DNA of 64,000 nucleotides from Minisyncoccia bacterium (lineage in GTDB: Bacteria > Patescibacteriota > Minisyncoccia > Moranbacterales > GCA-2747515), in NCBI GenBank assembly GCA_041738235.1, contig JBGSQF010000013.1:321899-385898 (forward strand). Reading direction: 5' to 3'. The position numbers and the translations under genes were made by a program. Shown piece after piece: positions 9,601-17,479 of the stretch (position 1 is the stretch's first letter; every line of letters starts with the position of its first letter). The notes beneath the pieces are model-generated. The model was not told where the DNA came from, did not search any database, and saw only the letters and a program-made list of their open reading frames with translations.

Positions 9601-10436
9601 GTACTAACGTAAAGGAGATGCGTCGTCTCATCCAAGAAAGCATGCGATACGGAATTATGTCCTATCGCAGGTGTGGTGGTAGTTTTGTATGTTTTTACAA
9701 GTGTGTCATCACCAGCGCTGACCGTTCCTTGCGTGTTGATCACGGTAAGACCTCCACCCAAAGTAGCTATATAGAGAAGATTACGTAAATCATCAAGAAA
9801 AGCATATTTAACAGTGCTGTCATCGATTGCTGGGGTTGTAGTAGTGGTGTAGGTAGTAACCAAAACATCATCAGAGGGAGAAACAGTTCCTTGCGTGTTG
9901 ATCACAGATAATCCCTGACCATCAATGCTTATGTAGAGAAGATCGTTCTTTAAGAATGAGTTATGTATCATATTCCCGGGCAATGCTGGAGTCGATTCTG
10001 TGGAGTAAGTAATAATCAAACTGTCATCAGTTGGATCAACGGTATTACGCGTGTCTATAACTGAAACGCCTAATGAAGTATTAATATACAAAAGACCCTT
10101 AGAGACATCGAGAAATGAACTCCCTGTATTCCTGCTACTAAGCCCCGCAAAAGATCCGCTGGAATATAAATAACTTTTACCAAGAGTTACTTTCCCCTCA
10201 CCATTACGTGAAACTCTTGTAACAAGAGGACTATTATTTACGTAACCTGAATTAAAATCTCCGTCTGTGGTATCTGTATGAATGGTAGTTTTATATTTTA
10301 GACGTAAGTCTCCCGGAATTTGATAAAGATCAATATTTTCATCAGTTGTCCCCATCTCCCAATCCTCCTGAGAAGTAAAAACTTGCCCCTGACTTGAGGC
10401 GTAGACGAACTGCAAAGAAAAAAAGGGGGCCAACAA
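6660..10436 (-). CDS. giant secreted surface protein (1258 aa): YVTN-like beta-propeller repeats, Kelch-repeat propeller, Ig/FN3-like domains, Gln/Thr-rich C-terminus
   Basis: Six or seven ~54-aa repeats LLYV..GGGLTV(I)NTQGTV...TTTTPAI. Kelch-like blades (KIYVVGGG, KLYVFGG, YDPETDTW). The annotated start is TTG. A canonical signal peptide lies upstream in another frame (see findings). Confidence 0.75.
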   Translation of the reverse strand: MLAPFFSLQFVYASSQGQVFTSQEDWEMGTTDENIDLYQIPGDLRLKYKTTIHTDTTDGDFNSGYVNNSPLVTRVSRNGEGKVTLGKSYLYSSGSFAGLSSRNTGSSFLDVSKGLLYINTSLGVSVIDTRNTVDPTDDSLIITYSTESTPALPGNMIHNSFLKNDLLYISIDGQGLSVINTQGTVSPSDDVLVTTYTTTTTPAIDDSTVKYAFLDDLRNLLYIATLGGGLTVINTQGTVSAGDDTLVKTYKTTTTPAIGHNSVSHAFLDETTHLLYVSTSGGLTVINTQGTVTATDDVLVITYKTTTTPAIGGNNVSYSFMDSVHNLLYVGTLGGGLTVINTQGTVTATDDVLVITYKTTTTPAIANNYVVHAFLDSANDLLYVSSKNDPNINNGALSVIDTRGTVSPADDVLVKTYNNVSTPEIVNNSVHNSFLDGTHHLLYVSVKKSESGAFYEEDNKSGLSVVDIDNVYNSEGVYVKTVYAESSDTWQNKAPLPEETKGAGSAVIGSKIYVVGGGKMSCGNCGHNTLLVYDTATDTWETKSPMVQTRTRPMVVAYDSKLYVFGGATGVYPTKTELSSVEIYDPETDTWTAGAPMSRVREGAVGGVYNGKIYVVGGGPVYISGGLDCSGLSSTEMEIYDPETDTWEAGTPAPVVKMNQASGQFINGKLYIVGARRDCDGMVSNSMASYDPATDTWDTDLAFLPSYRGGGDTVVINGKLIYIGGKDDALIRAKDIYSYDPEYDKWDIIGILPTGLNRVSTELVNGGIYAIGGSNTDLCTDVDNDSDTNVLDTNYFFSLEYISDTYQKEVYSELSWEATIPEGTSIEMFYSFDEGQTYTSLGTDPGIYALPVNLSRNFRYKAVLATQDNSITPSLDSVEIKYARQEDGLFISDSGTYTSQTLSFPNTNELLSFQTDQTIPEGTSIEYQYSIDNGSTWADFTPPITFPQYTKANNFTWKATLSTQDPNITPVIHSATLQTSESNLEQFQNDNKSNLSANEESISFKDVNYRSDTTPRLKGKNPKARNGTITLYTKTDKGGTKKLKTISINEKGSWNFNLSSKEGKNQYAVRYIDSTGNRSDISDFFTLITDKTDPFFINPLPEKKTLTRKERIDFLAADNPNGSGLSYYKVQLVDMNGKVLKSWRRQGVEESFYLLPESLPLGTYLLNIRAYDKAGNRVDTSIVLNYVSQIQQVSSQTETQTQAEEGSVQGARTERQVTEEIQNPTNSTQETQQTQQSVTPPALTRPTKNFVLWNPWTW

Positions 10437-10583
10437 ACATAAAAAAAAGGAAAAAACAATATTTTTTTTATTTTTTTCAGCATATCTTTAATAATTATTT
10501 TAACGCAAACCTTCTAAGAAAATGTAATAAAACCACTTTTTCAATAATATCACAAACATCCAAACTAAGATACATTAGATCTG

Positions 10584-11870
10584 CTATGGCATCGTATACG
10601 GTATCTCTTTCCATCGTTTGGTTTGTCGACAGAGAAGTTTTCCCGCTTCCTCCGGATGCGCCATCGCTTGCTCAACGGCCAACTCCATTCGCATGCCCTG
10701 TGATCCCTTTACTAAAACAATGTCGTTGGTGCGAAGATGACTCACAATAAATTTCCCAGCCGATACAGGATCTTCAAAAAGCGCTATGGATTTCTTATGT
10801 ATCCCCTCTCGTTCCAAAGCGTCCCCCAAGAGTTTCATACGCGACCCCACCAATACGATCCCAGCTGGTCGCATCTTTGCTATTGGCTTGGCTAACAACA
10901 TATGCCCTTCCACCTCTTCCGCGCCTAACTCCAACATATCTCCCAGAATGAGTATCTTTCTCCCAAAAGGAATCTGTTCAACTGTCTTTACCGCCGCAAG
11001 CGTTGATGTTGGAGAGGCGTTATACGTATCGTCAAATATCCATGATCCATTCACCCCAGAAATTGGCTGAAGCCTCCCAGGAGAGAGCTGGAAATCTTCC
11101 GATGTTTGAATAACTTCCAAAAGATTTATTTTCAGAGCATCGGCCACCGCAAACGCCGCAAGCACCGCATACACGTGGTGTTTGGCAACAAGATATTTCA
11201 AGCGGATCGGGAGGGTTTTTCCATCGTACTGTATTTTAAACCGCATACCGCACAAACCTTTATCAGTACATACCACAGAATCATTGAACGCGCGTAGCGT
11301 AGCTCGTTTGTGAAAACCATATCCGATGATCCGAGCAGAGGTTCGTTTTCTCATCTTCCATACCCGCACATCATCAGCATTAAGCACCGCGTACCCATCT
11401 GAGCTCAACGCCTCAATAAGCCTTCCCTTTTCTTCGGCGATCGCATCAAGGGATCCAAAGAACTCAAGATGACTCGAGGATATCTCCGTCACAACTGAAA
11501 CATTGGGACGCACAATCGAAAGAAGATATTTCATATCTCCCGGACGATCTACACCCAATTCCAATATCAAGGCATCTGGATATCGAATACGAAAAACCAT
11601 CAACAATAAAAATCGAAATCCGACTCCTATCCACCGAACGAGAGACCTTCCCGGAGCATCACATCCAAGTATTGTCAGAGGGACGCCAATTTCATTATTG
11701 AAGTTCTTTTCACTGCCACGCACAAACACGCGTGGTGAAAGGATGTGCATGATAGCGTCTTTTGTGGTCGTTTTTCCAACTGAACCAGTCACGCCTACAA
11801 CAACCGGTCGGTACTTTAGAAGCACCCCTTTGGCCATATATTTCAATATCCACTGCATCAATCCTTTCAT
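10584..11870 (-). CDS. murF: UDP-N-acetylmuramoyl-tripeptide--D-alanyl-D-alanine ligase (Mur ligase family)
   Basis: P-loop VVGVTGSVGKTTTKD, Mur ligase middle domain, DDTYNASP motif. Follows ftsI in the dcw gene order. Confidence 0.8.
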   Translation of the reverse strand: MKGLMQWILKYMAKGVLLKYRPVVVGVTGSVGKTTTKDAIMHILSPRVFVRGSEKNFNNEIGVPLTILGCDAPGRSLVRWIGVGFRFLLLMVFRIRYPDALILELGVDRPGDMKYLLSIVRPNVSVVTEISSSHLEFFGSLDAIAEEKGRLIEALSSDGYAVLNADDVRVWKMRKRTSARIIGYGFHKRATLRAFNDSVVCTDKGLCGMRFKIQYDGKTLPIRLKYLVAKHHVYAVLAAFAVADALKINLLEVIQTSEDFQLSPGRLQPISGVNGSWIFDDTYNASPTSTLAAVKTVEQIPFGRKILILGDMLELGAEEVEGHMLLAKPIAKMRPAGIVLVGSRMKLLGDALEREGIHKKSIALFEDPVSAGKFIVSHLRTNDIVLVKGSQGMRMELAVEQAMAHPEEAGKLLCRQTKRWKEIPYTMP

Positions 11871-11877
11871 AAAGCAC

Positions 11878-13653
11878 CTACTGTTTAGTCACTAATTGAT
11901 CTTGTTCCGTAGGAGGGATCTTTGCATGTTCGAGAAGAAATGTCATCATCTTCCCAAAAACCGGACCAGCAACCGTTTCCGCCCAGATCACCTTTTTTGG
12001 ATTATCGATCTTTACCACCACAACAAACTTTGGATCACCGATCGGCGCATACCCCGCAAATGATCCGATAGTTATACCCTCAGCATACCCTTTTTCATCT
12101 TTCTTGGCCACCTGGGCAGTTCCTGTTTTTCCTCCCACACGGTATCCGGGGATCTTAGCCTTCTTTCCATGTCCGTTTTCTACTACACTGTAGAGCATCT
12201 CCCCGATCTGTTTCGATGTACTTTCTTGTATGACCCGACGGTCCTCTTCAGGTTGCACGACCTCGACACTCCCATCAGGATGAATGATCCGATCCACAAA
12301 TTGCGGTTTCATGAGTCGCCCGCCATTGGCCAATGCAGAATACGCACGCGCCAATTGCAACGGAGTAAGTGAAATTCCCTGACCAAATGAGGCAGTAAAA
12401 AAGTTGATCTCTCGATTCAGATAATCCAGGTTCTTTATATTGCCTAAAGCCTCTCCAATAAAACCACTTCCCGTACTTTCTCCAAAACCAAAACGCCGTA
12501 CATATTCGGCAAACATCTTGTTTCCCAAAAGCTTCTCTACATACACGGTACCCGTATTCAGAGACTCATCAAGTACTCGTGTCATAGTTTGCAATCCATA
12601 CGCCTTTTCGTCGGAGTTTTTGATTGTATAACTGCCGGAATGCACTGCTCCTGTATCCACATACGTACTTTCAGGAGTGATCTTACCTTGATCGATCCCC
12701 ATGGCTATCGTAAAGGGTTTGAAGACTGATCCACACTCATATGACGATTGAATAGGTGTATTGATAAAAAGGGAGAGATCTTCTACCTTGGAGTATTCGT
12801 TCGGATCAAAATCGGGATAGGATGCAAGGGCAAGCACCTTGCCTGTGTTTGGATCCATCACCACCATACTGCCACTATCAGCCTCATTCTCGTCTATGGC
12901 TTCTTTGAGGATCCTTTCCGCCTCATACTGGATCGTGTGGTGGATCGATAATACAACATCTGAACCATCAGAGGGCGCTTCGAAAGAACCTGCTTCATGC
13001 AACATTCGTCTTCCGCCAGCATCACGTTTCCCAGATATCACTCCAGCCTCCCCGCCCAGAACACCTTCAAATGATGCTTCTATTCCATATCGACCAAGTC
13101 TTTTTTGCCCATCTGATCCGACGAATCCGATCATATGGGATGCCAGTGTTCCTCCAGGGTAATATCGATACTCCTCTGGGTGCACAAAGACACCTTTGAC
13201 ACCAGAATTTTGTATAGCATTTTTCTGATCCTCAGAAACCCGATGCTCGATCACCTCAAATGGATCTGAGCGATCTACAAGCTTTTGTTCGATCTCTGAA
13301 CGCTCCTTTCCCAATACGCTACTGAGCAATGAAACAACTGCATTCGGATCTGAAACCATGTTTGGAGCAATATAAACCATCGGATATTCGCGATTTACCG
13401 CAGCCGGGTAGAGTCCACTCTCAGTGTCATCCTCAAGATATATTTCTCCCCTCCTTCCTTGTAAAAGCTGAGAGATGTTATGCTGCTTGTCCGCCAAAAT
13501 TTGATACGTATCAGAAGCGCTTACCTGCAAATTATACAAACGAAGACTGACTATGATCGAGATCAGTAAAACTCCCAACGACAAAAACATCACGCGAACA
13601 TTTCGCGGGATCTCTCGAATACGCTCCGCCTTTCGCGCTTTCAGTTTCTTCAT
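11878..13653 (-). CDS. ftsI: penicillin-binding protein 2/3 transpeptidase (FtsI-like)
   Basis: N-terminal TM. SXXK (SVFKPF), SXN (NSDE region) and KTG (GGKTGTAQV) motifs. Position in the dcw cluster. Confidence 0.85.
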   Translation of the reverse strand: MKKLKARKAERIREIPRNVRVMFLSLGVLLISIIVSLRLYNLQVSASDTYQILADKQHNISQLLQGRRGEIYLEDDTESGLYPAAVNREYPMVYIAPNMVSDPNAVVSLLSSVLGKERSEIEQKLVDRSDPFEVIEHRVSEDQKNAIQNSGVKGVFVHPEEYRYYPGGTLASHMIGFVGSDGQKRLGRYGIEASFEGVLGGEAGVISGKRDAGGRRMLHEAGSFEAPSDGSDVVLSIHHTIQYEAERILKEAIDENEADSGSMVVMDPNTGKVLALASYPDFDPNEYSKVEDLSLFINTPIQSSYECGSVFKPFTIAMGIDQGKITPESTYVDTGAVHSGSYTIKNSDEKAYGLQTMTRVLDESLNTGTVYVEKLLGNKMFAEYVRRFGFGESTGSGFIGEALGNIKNLDYLNREINFFTASFGQGISLTPLQLARAYSALANGGRLMKPQFVDRIIHPDGSVEVVQPEEDRRVIQESTSKQIGEMLYSVVENGHGKKAKIPGYRVGGKTGTAQVAKKDEKGYAEGITIGSFAGYAPIGDPKFVVVVKIDNPKKVIWAETVAGPVFGKMMTFLLEHAKIPPTEQDQLVTKQ

Positions 13654-13670
13654 ATCTCCTGTAGTGACTC

Positions 13671-13994
13671 CTATCGCAAGGCAAGAGGCCCTGAACCGTT
13701 AACATACAAAACCTCTTCAGGGGCGATCGCTTGAAATTCACCCTCCCTATCTTTCAGTCGATGCAAAGAAGAAAGTTCTGCCATCTCGATCTGAAGCTGA
13801 CGATATTCCTTTGAGAGTTCCTGTATCCTCTGCTCCGAACGATGACTGCTGTTTCCTTGGATAGCGATCGCATTCGTTGAAGCCAGATAAAAACCAATCG
13901 AGACAAAAAGTATCGCCCCAGAAAAAGCAAGAAATATCACACAGAATCGTGATGTATATGCATGCTCATGTTGATGATGATGTCGTACGGTCAT
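13671..13994 (-). CDS. ftsL: FtsL-like cell division protein (bitopic, coiled-coil)
   Basis: Small protein with one TM helix and a periplasmic coiled coil (EYRQLQIEMAELSSL), between rsmH and ftsI. ATG at 13994 was chosen to avoid overlap with rsmH. Confidence 0.45.
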   Translation of the reverse strand: MTVRHHHQHEHAYTSRFCVIFLAFSGAILFVSIGFYLASTNAIAIQGNSSHRSEQRIQELSKEYRQLQIEMAELSSLHRLKDREGEFQAIAPEEVLYVNGSGPLALR

Positions 13995-14043
13995 AGACTT
14001 TTTGTATTTTGTATTTTTACTCCCAAACCTTACCGCTTCCACA

Positions 14044-14991
14044 TCACACTCTTTGAGCCACTCGTAGCTTTGCACTTCTCGATCTTGGATTGTTTTGGAT
14101 CTCCTGATCTGATGGAATGATCGGCTTTTTTGTGAGAATTTTTATCTTTGGAAGTTGCCCGCAACGGCACACTGGGAATCCAACTGGACAAATACATCCT
14201 TGCGCTTGATCCCGGAAAAATCTCTTCACAGAAATGTCTTCGCCGGAATGAAACGTAACGATCGCTACAACTCCCCCGATCCGTGTGACCGCAATAGAAC
14301 TTTCCAAAAATGTTCTTAAACTCTCCATCTCCTCATTCACGCTCATGCGCAACGCCATAAACGTCTTCGTTGCAGGATCTATCCTTCTCCCACGGTAACC
14401 ACTCGCGGCTGCGTCACGTACTATCTTTGCTAATTCATCGGTCGTGTCTATCGACTTTTCCCTCCTCCGCTCTCCGATCGCCTGCGCGATCCGATGAGCA
14501 TATTTTTCCTGAGCGTTGTCCCTGAGTATCTTCTCAATATCTTCTACCTTCCAATTATTTATAATATCCTTTGCGGTTATTCCCTTTGATCGATCCAAGC
14601 GCATATCCAACGGACCCTCTCTCAAAAAACTCAATCCTCTTGCTACATCCTCCAATTGATCCGAAGAAATACCCAGATCGGCCACTATCACATCAACCGT
14701 TTCTAGTCCGATCTCTTTCACAATATCCAATAACTCACCAAAATTTCTTTGTATCAAATGTACTGAGACGCCCTGTTCTTTCGCTTCCAAAACCCACTGT
14801 GCTCGTTCTGCTCTTTGGATCGCTTGCTCATCTCGATCGATACCAATGTACATCCCTCCAGGCGCAATATGACGCACGATCTCTCTTCCATATCCTCCAC
14901 CTCCTAATGTTGCGTCCACCACCACCATTCCCGGTCGTAGCTTCAACACATTCACCACTTCATTCAGCAATACGGGAATATGCTTAACCAT
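14044..14991 (-). CDS. rsmH: 16S rRNA (cytosine1402-N4)-methyltransferase
   Basis: N-terminus MVKHIPVLLNEV..VDATLGGGGY is the classic RsmH/MraW SAM-binding start. The ORF track start is TTG 3 codons upstream. Confidence 0.9.
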   Translation of the reverse strand: MVKHIPVLLNEVVNVLKLRPGMVVVDATLGGGGYGREIVRHIAPGGMYIGIDRDEQAIQRAERAQWVLEAKEQGVSVHLIQRNFGELLDIVKEIGLETVDVIVADLGISSDQLEDVARGLSFLREGPLDMRLDRSKGITAKDIINNWKVEDIEKILRDNAQEKYAHRIAQAIGERRREKSIDTTDELAKIVRDAAASGYRGRRIDPATKTFMALRMSVNEEMESLRTFLESSIAVTRIGGVVAIVTFHSGEDISVKRFFRDQAQGCICPVGFPVCRCGQLPKIKILTKKPIIPSDQEIQNNPRSRSAKLRVAQRV

Positions 14992-15021
14992 ACGGTTCAA
15001 AATTCAACATTCAAGATCCTA

Positions 15022-15456
15022 TCAATACAATCCCAACTCTCCCAATTTTTGTGCCACACTGTCCGTATCTTTTTCTGCCTTTGCTTTATATACGCTCCAT
15101 CGCTTTTCATCCCAGATCTCGATCCGATCAAAAAGTCCTGCAACTACCACCGTCTTTTTGACACCTGCATATTTTCGTAAATACTCAGGCAAAACAATTC
15201 GTCCCTGTTTGTCCACTTCAGTGTCCGTTGCTCCCGCAAGAAGCAACCGAACAAAACTCCTGGCCTGCGCATCTCCAATTGGGAACGTGCTCAACTTCTC
15301 TGCCATCTTTTCCCACACACGGACAGGATAGGCAAACAAGCAAGCATCCAACCCTCTCGTTACGATCATCTTCTCTCCTAACTCTCCGCGAAACTTTGAA
15401 GGAACCGCTATGCGATTTTTTGTATCAACCGTATGTGTGAATTCTCCGATGAACAT
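15022..15456 (-). CDS. mraZ: transcriptional regulator MraZ
   Basis: MFIGEFTHTVDTKNRIAVPSKFR and a second repeat GRIVLPEYLRKYAGV: two MraZ (SpoVT/AbrB-like) repeats. Confidence 0.9.
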   Translation of the reverse strand: MFIGEFTHTVDTKNRIAVPSKFRGELGEKMIVTRGLDACLFAYPVRVWEKMAEKLSTFPIGDAQARSFVRLLLAGATDTEVDKQGRIVLPEYLRKYAGVKKTVVVAGLFDRIEIWDEKRWSVYKAKAEKDTDSVAQKLGELGLY

Positions 15457-15526
15457 ACAAACAAGCTAAAAGTTGAAGGTCAAAAATCCATAAAGTAGCA
15501 TGCAGAAAATTCAAGGATTCAGATTT

Positions 15527-15573
15527 CACCACTTTTCCCCACTTATCTGCTATTTTACTCCACCAGCCCACAC
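15527..15573 (-). promoter_or_regulatory. candidate MraZ operator: direct GTGG(G/T) repeats upstream of mraZ
   Basis: On the minus strand GTGGG, GTGGAG, GTGGGG and GTGGTG lie 70-120 nt upstream of mraZ. The last two have 10-nt spacing, as in known MraZ boxes. Confidence 0.35.
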
Positions 15574-15742
15574 TCGTCAACACGAGTTATCCACCGCTCT
15601 CCACGATGACTCTCAAATACCCCTATCTCCTCAAATGATCGCCGATCCAAGCCCTTGATGGCCGGTATTTTCTCCCTAAAGACCTTCTACCCAATAAAAA
15701 AACCACCTTTCGGCGTTCATATCCTTTCTGAAATTACTTCAC

Positions 15743-15794
15743 CGCCCGCACAAGTTCTCTTCTTCACGATGTGAAGCTAAGAATTGTGCGGGCG
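15743..15794. promoter_or_regulatory. long GC-rich inverted repeat (15-bp stem, 21-nt loop) immediately 3' of the GC-rich gene
   Basis: CGCCCGCACAAGTTCT ... AGAATTGTGCGGGCG, with a nested mini-palindrome TTCACGATGTGAA in the loop. Confidence 0.4.
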
Positions 15795-15801
15795 ACAGCC
15801 C

Positions 15802-16239
15802 CTACGCGCATACTCCGGTGCACTCAGGGTGTGGTTGTGGGTTCGGCGGTGGGTTCGGAACCTCCTGCCCCGAGTCCGCCGACCACACCCGAGGCGGTGA
15901 GATACGATTGCGCCACCACGGGTCGGTGGCTTCTCGTTCGTCGTCCTCCTCCTCGAGAGGGGGTGGGGTAACCCCGCGTTCAATCGGGGGATGCATCAAC
16001 GCCTCCCCGTCAGGAGCTGGTAGCGTCTCCGCTGGTGGCTCCACCGCCAGCTCCTCGTCCGTCAGCCCCAGGTTCCCGTACTCGTCCGTGACGGGATCCG
16101 CACTTGCCAGCGACGTCCATGTCGCCAACAAAACGAGTAGGATTAGGATGGTGACGGCCGTCACCCACCCCCACCCCTTCTGAGAACGTGGTATCTCATC
16201 GTTCGGGTCCCACACTTCCACTTTGTTATCCTCCAGCAA
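15802..16239 (-). CDS. GC-rich (~62%) Pro/Glu-rich membrane-anchored hypothetical protein
   Basis: 145-aa ORF with an N-terminal TM (VTAVTILILLVLLATW) and a Pro-rich tail. Strong compositional contrast with its ~40% GC flanks. Confidence 0.5.
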   Translation of the reverse strand: MLEDNKVEVWDPNDEIPRSQKGWGWVTAVTILILLVLLATWTSLASADPVTDEYGNLGLTDEELAVEPPAETLPAPDGEALMHPPIERGVTPPPLEEEDDEREATDPWWRNRISPPRVWSADSGQEVPNPPPNPQPHPECTGVCA

Positions 16240-16379
16240 ATTTTTGGGGAATTTGAAAAAAGCACCCTCCTATCCCCAGGTTGAAAGGTACTGTCTCCAA
16301 TATTAGCACATATTGTATATTTTGTCAATAGCTAAGATGGGGATCCTCGCACCCCAAAAAACCGCAAGAGAGATCTCTT

Positions 16380-17084
16380 CTATGTCGCAAGACTGAAGAA
16401 AAAGATAAGCGCGTTGGAAAGTATGAACTGTATCGGACCCGAAAAGAATATAATGATAAAAAGCAGCAGGACCATCCCATACTGTTCAAAAAGGATCTGT
16501 GCCTCTTGTGAAAAAGGAAATATCGTATAGAGAAGTTTCGATCCGTCCAAAGGAGGAATGGGGATCAAGTTAAAGAACGCCAAAATAACGTTCCAAAAAA
16601 TGATCATAATACATACCTCATAGAAGATACCTCCCAACGATCCCGCTACCACATCTGCTGTACCACTCCAATCACGACTAAACATCAACTCCTGAATATT
16701 TTGCTTCATCAAGATCGGGATCAGTGTCAACTTTGCCAGAATGGCCGCAGTTATCGCGATCACAATGTTCGTTCCCGGCCCAGCAAGCGCTACAAGCAAA
16801 GGGCCCCACTTCTGATCCCAGAGATTGTACGGATTATAGGGAACTGGCTTCGCCCATCCAAATGCCATCTGAAAGTTCGATATTAATAAGAGAAATATCG
16901 GTACGATCACTGACCCCCATGGATCAACATGACTCATTGGTTTGAGCGTGAGTCGTCCGGCATACTGCGCCGTGCGATCTCCCAACCATAGGGCCACTAC
17001 ACCATGTGAAACCTCGTGCAAAATAATGGAGTACAGCAAAATAAGCAGATAAACCCCAATAAGAATAAATTCATGCATATACAA
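16380..17084 (-). CDS. site-2 protease family zinc metalloprotease (peptidase M50)
   Basis: HEXXH in a TM helix (ILHEVSHGVVA), polytopic membrane protein, downstream LDG motif (PPLDGSK). Confidence 0.7.
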   Translation of the reverse strand: MYMHEFILIGVYLLILLYSIILHEVSHGVVALWLGDRTAQYAGRLTLKPMSHVDPWGSVIVPIFLLLISNFQMAFGWAKPVPYNPYNLWDQKWGPLLVALAGPGTNIVIAITAAILAKLTLIPILMKQNIQELMFSRDWSGTADVVAGSLGGIFYEVCIMIIFWNVILAFFNLIPIPPLDGSKLLYTIFPFSQEAQILFEQYGMVLLLFIIIFFSGPIQFILSNALIFFFSLAT

Positions 17085-17204
17085 AAATTCAATTTCTCGG
17101 AACGAATTAAAGCCTCACAATGGAAAACAACATTCCCCTCTTGCAAGAATTCCTTTTCTATGTTACCATCAATCGCACGATAAATCAACCTTAAGTTTTT
17201 CTCT

Positions 17205-17378
17205 ATGTCTGGAAAATCTTGCACTCGTTGTAACAAAGTTGCTGGAAAAGGTAATGCCCGAAGTCATTCCAATATTGCCACAAAACGCAGATTCAACGCC
17301 AACATCCAAGCCAAGACGATCGACGGAAAGCAAGAGCAACTTTGCGCTTCTTGCATCCGAACGTTGAGCAAGGCGTGA
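17205..17378 (+). CDS. rpmB: 50S ribosomal protein L28 (57 aa, Cys4 zinc-ribbon type)
   Basis: Manual translation gives MSGKSCTRCNKVAGKGNARSHSNIATKRRFNANIQ...CASCIRTLSKA. L28 signature GN..SHSN..TKRRF.PN and CxxC...CxxC. Below the 60-aa cutoff of the ORF track. Confidence 0.75.
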   Translation: MSGKSCTRCNKVAGKGNARSHSNIATKRRFNANIQAKTIDGKQEQLCASCIRTLSKA

Positions 17379-17410
17379 TCTTACTTCAGGTCATACCCTA
17401 CCCATATAAG

Positions 17411-17437
17411 AAAAAGCCGGAAAGATCCGGCTTTTTG
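17411..17437. terminator. bidirectional rho-independent terminator (rpmB and the convergent minus-strand gene)
   Basis: AAAAA-GCCGGA-AAGA-TCCGGC-TTTTT. Confidence 0.55.
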
Positions 17438-17479
17438 TTGTTTACAGGCTCAGCATTCCTTTCACCATCTTCACAAAGA

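Noticed and set aside
9343-9760. CRISPR-like direct repeats
   Set aside because: The repeats are in-frame coding repeats (period 159-162 nt, 92-nt units) inside the giant surface-protein gene. There are no short unique spacers, and nothing else CRISPR-like such as a cas gene or an AT-rich leader.
10298-10483. 61-aa ORF as an independent small secreted peptide gene
   Set aside because: It is better explained as the frameshifted signal peptide and N-terminus of the 1258-aa surface protein (see phase-variation finding) than as a standalone gene.
13671-14075. Full 134-aa ORF as FtsL
   Set aside because: The first 27 codons overlap the 3' end of rsmH. The internal ATG at 13994 gives a typical ~107-aa bitopic FtsL.
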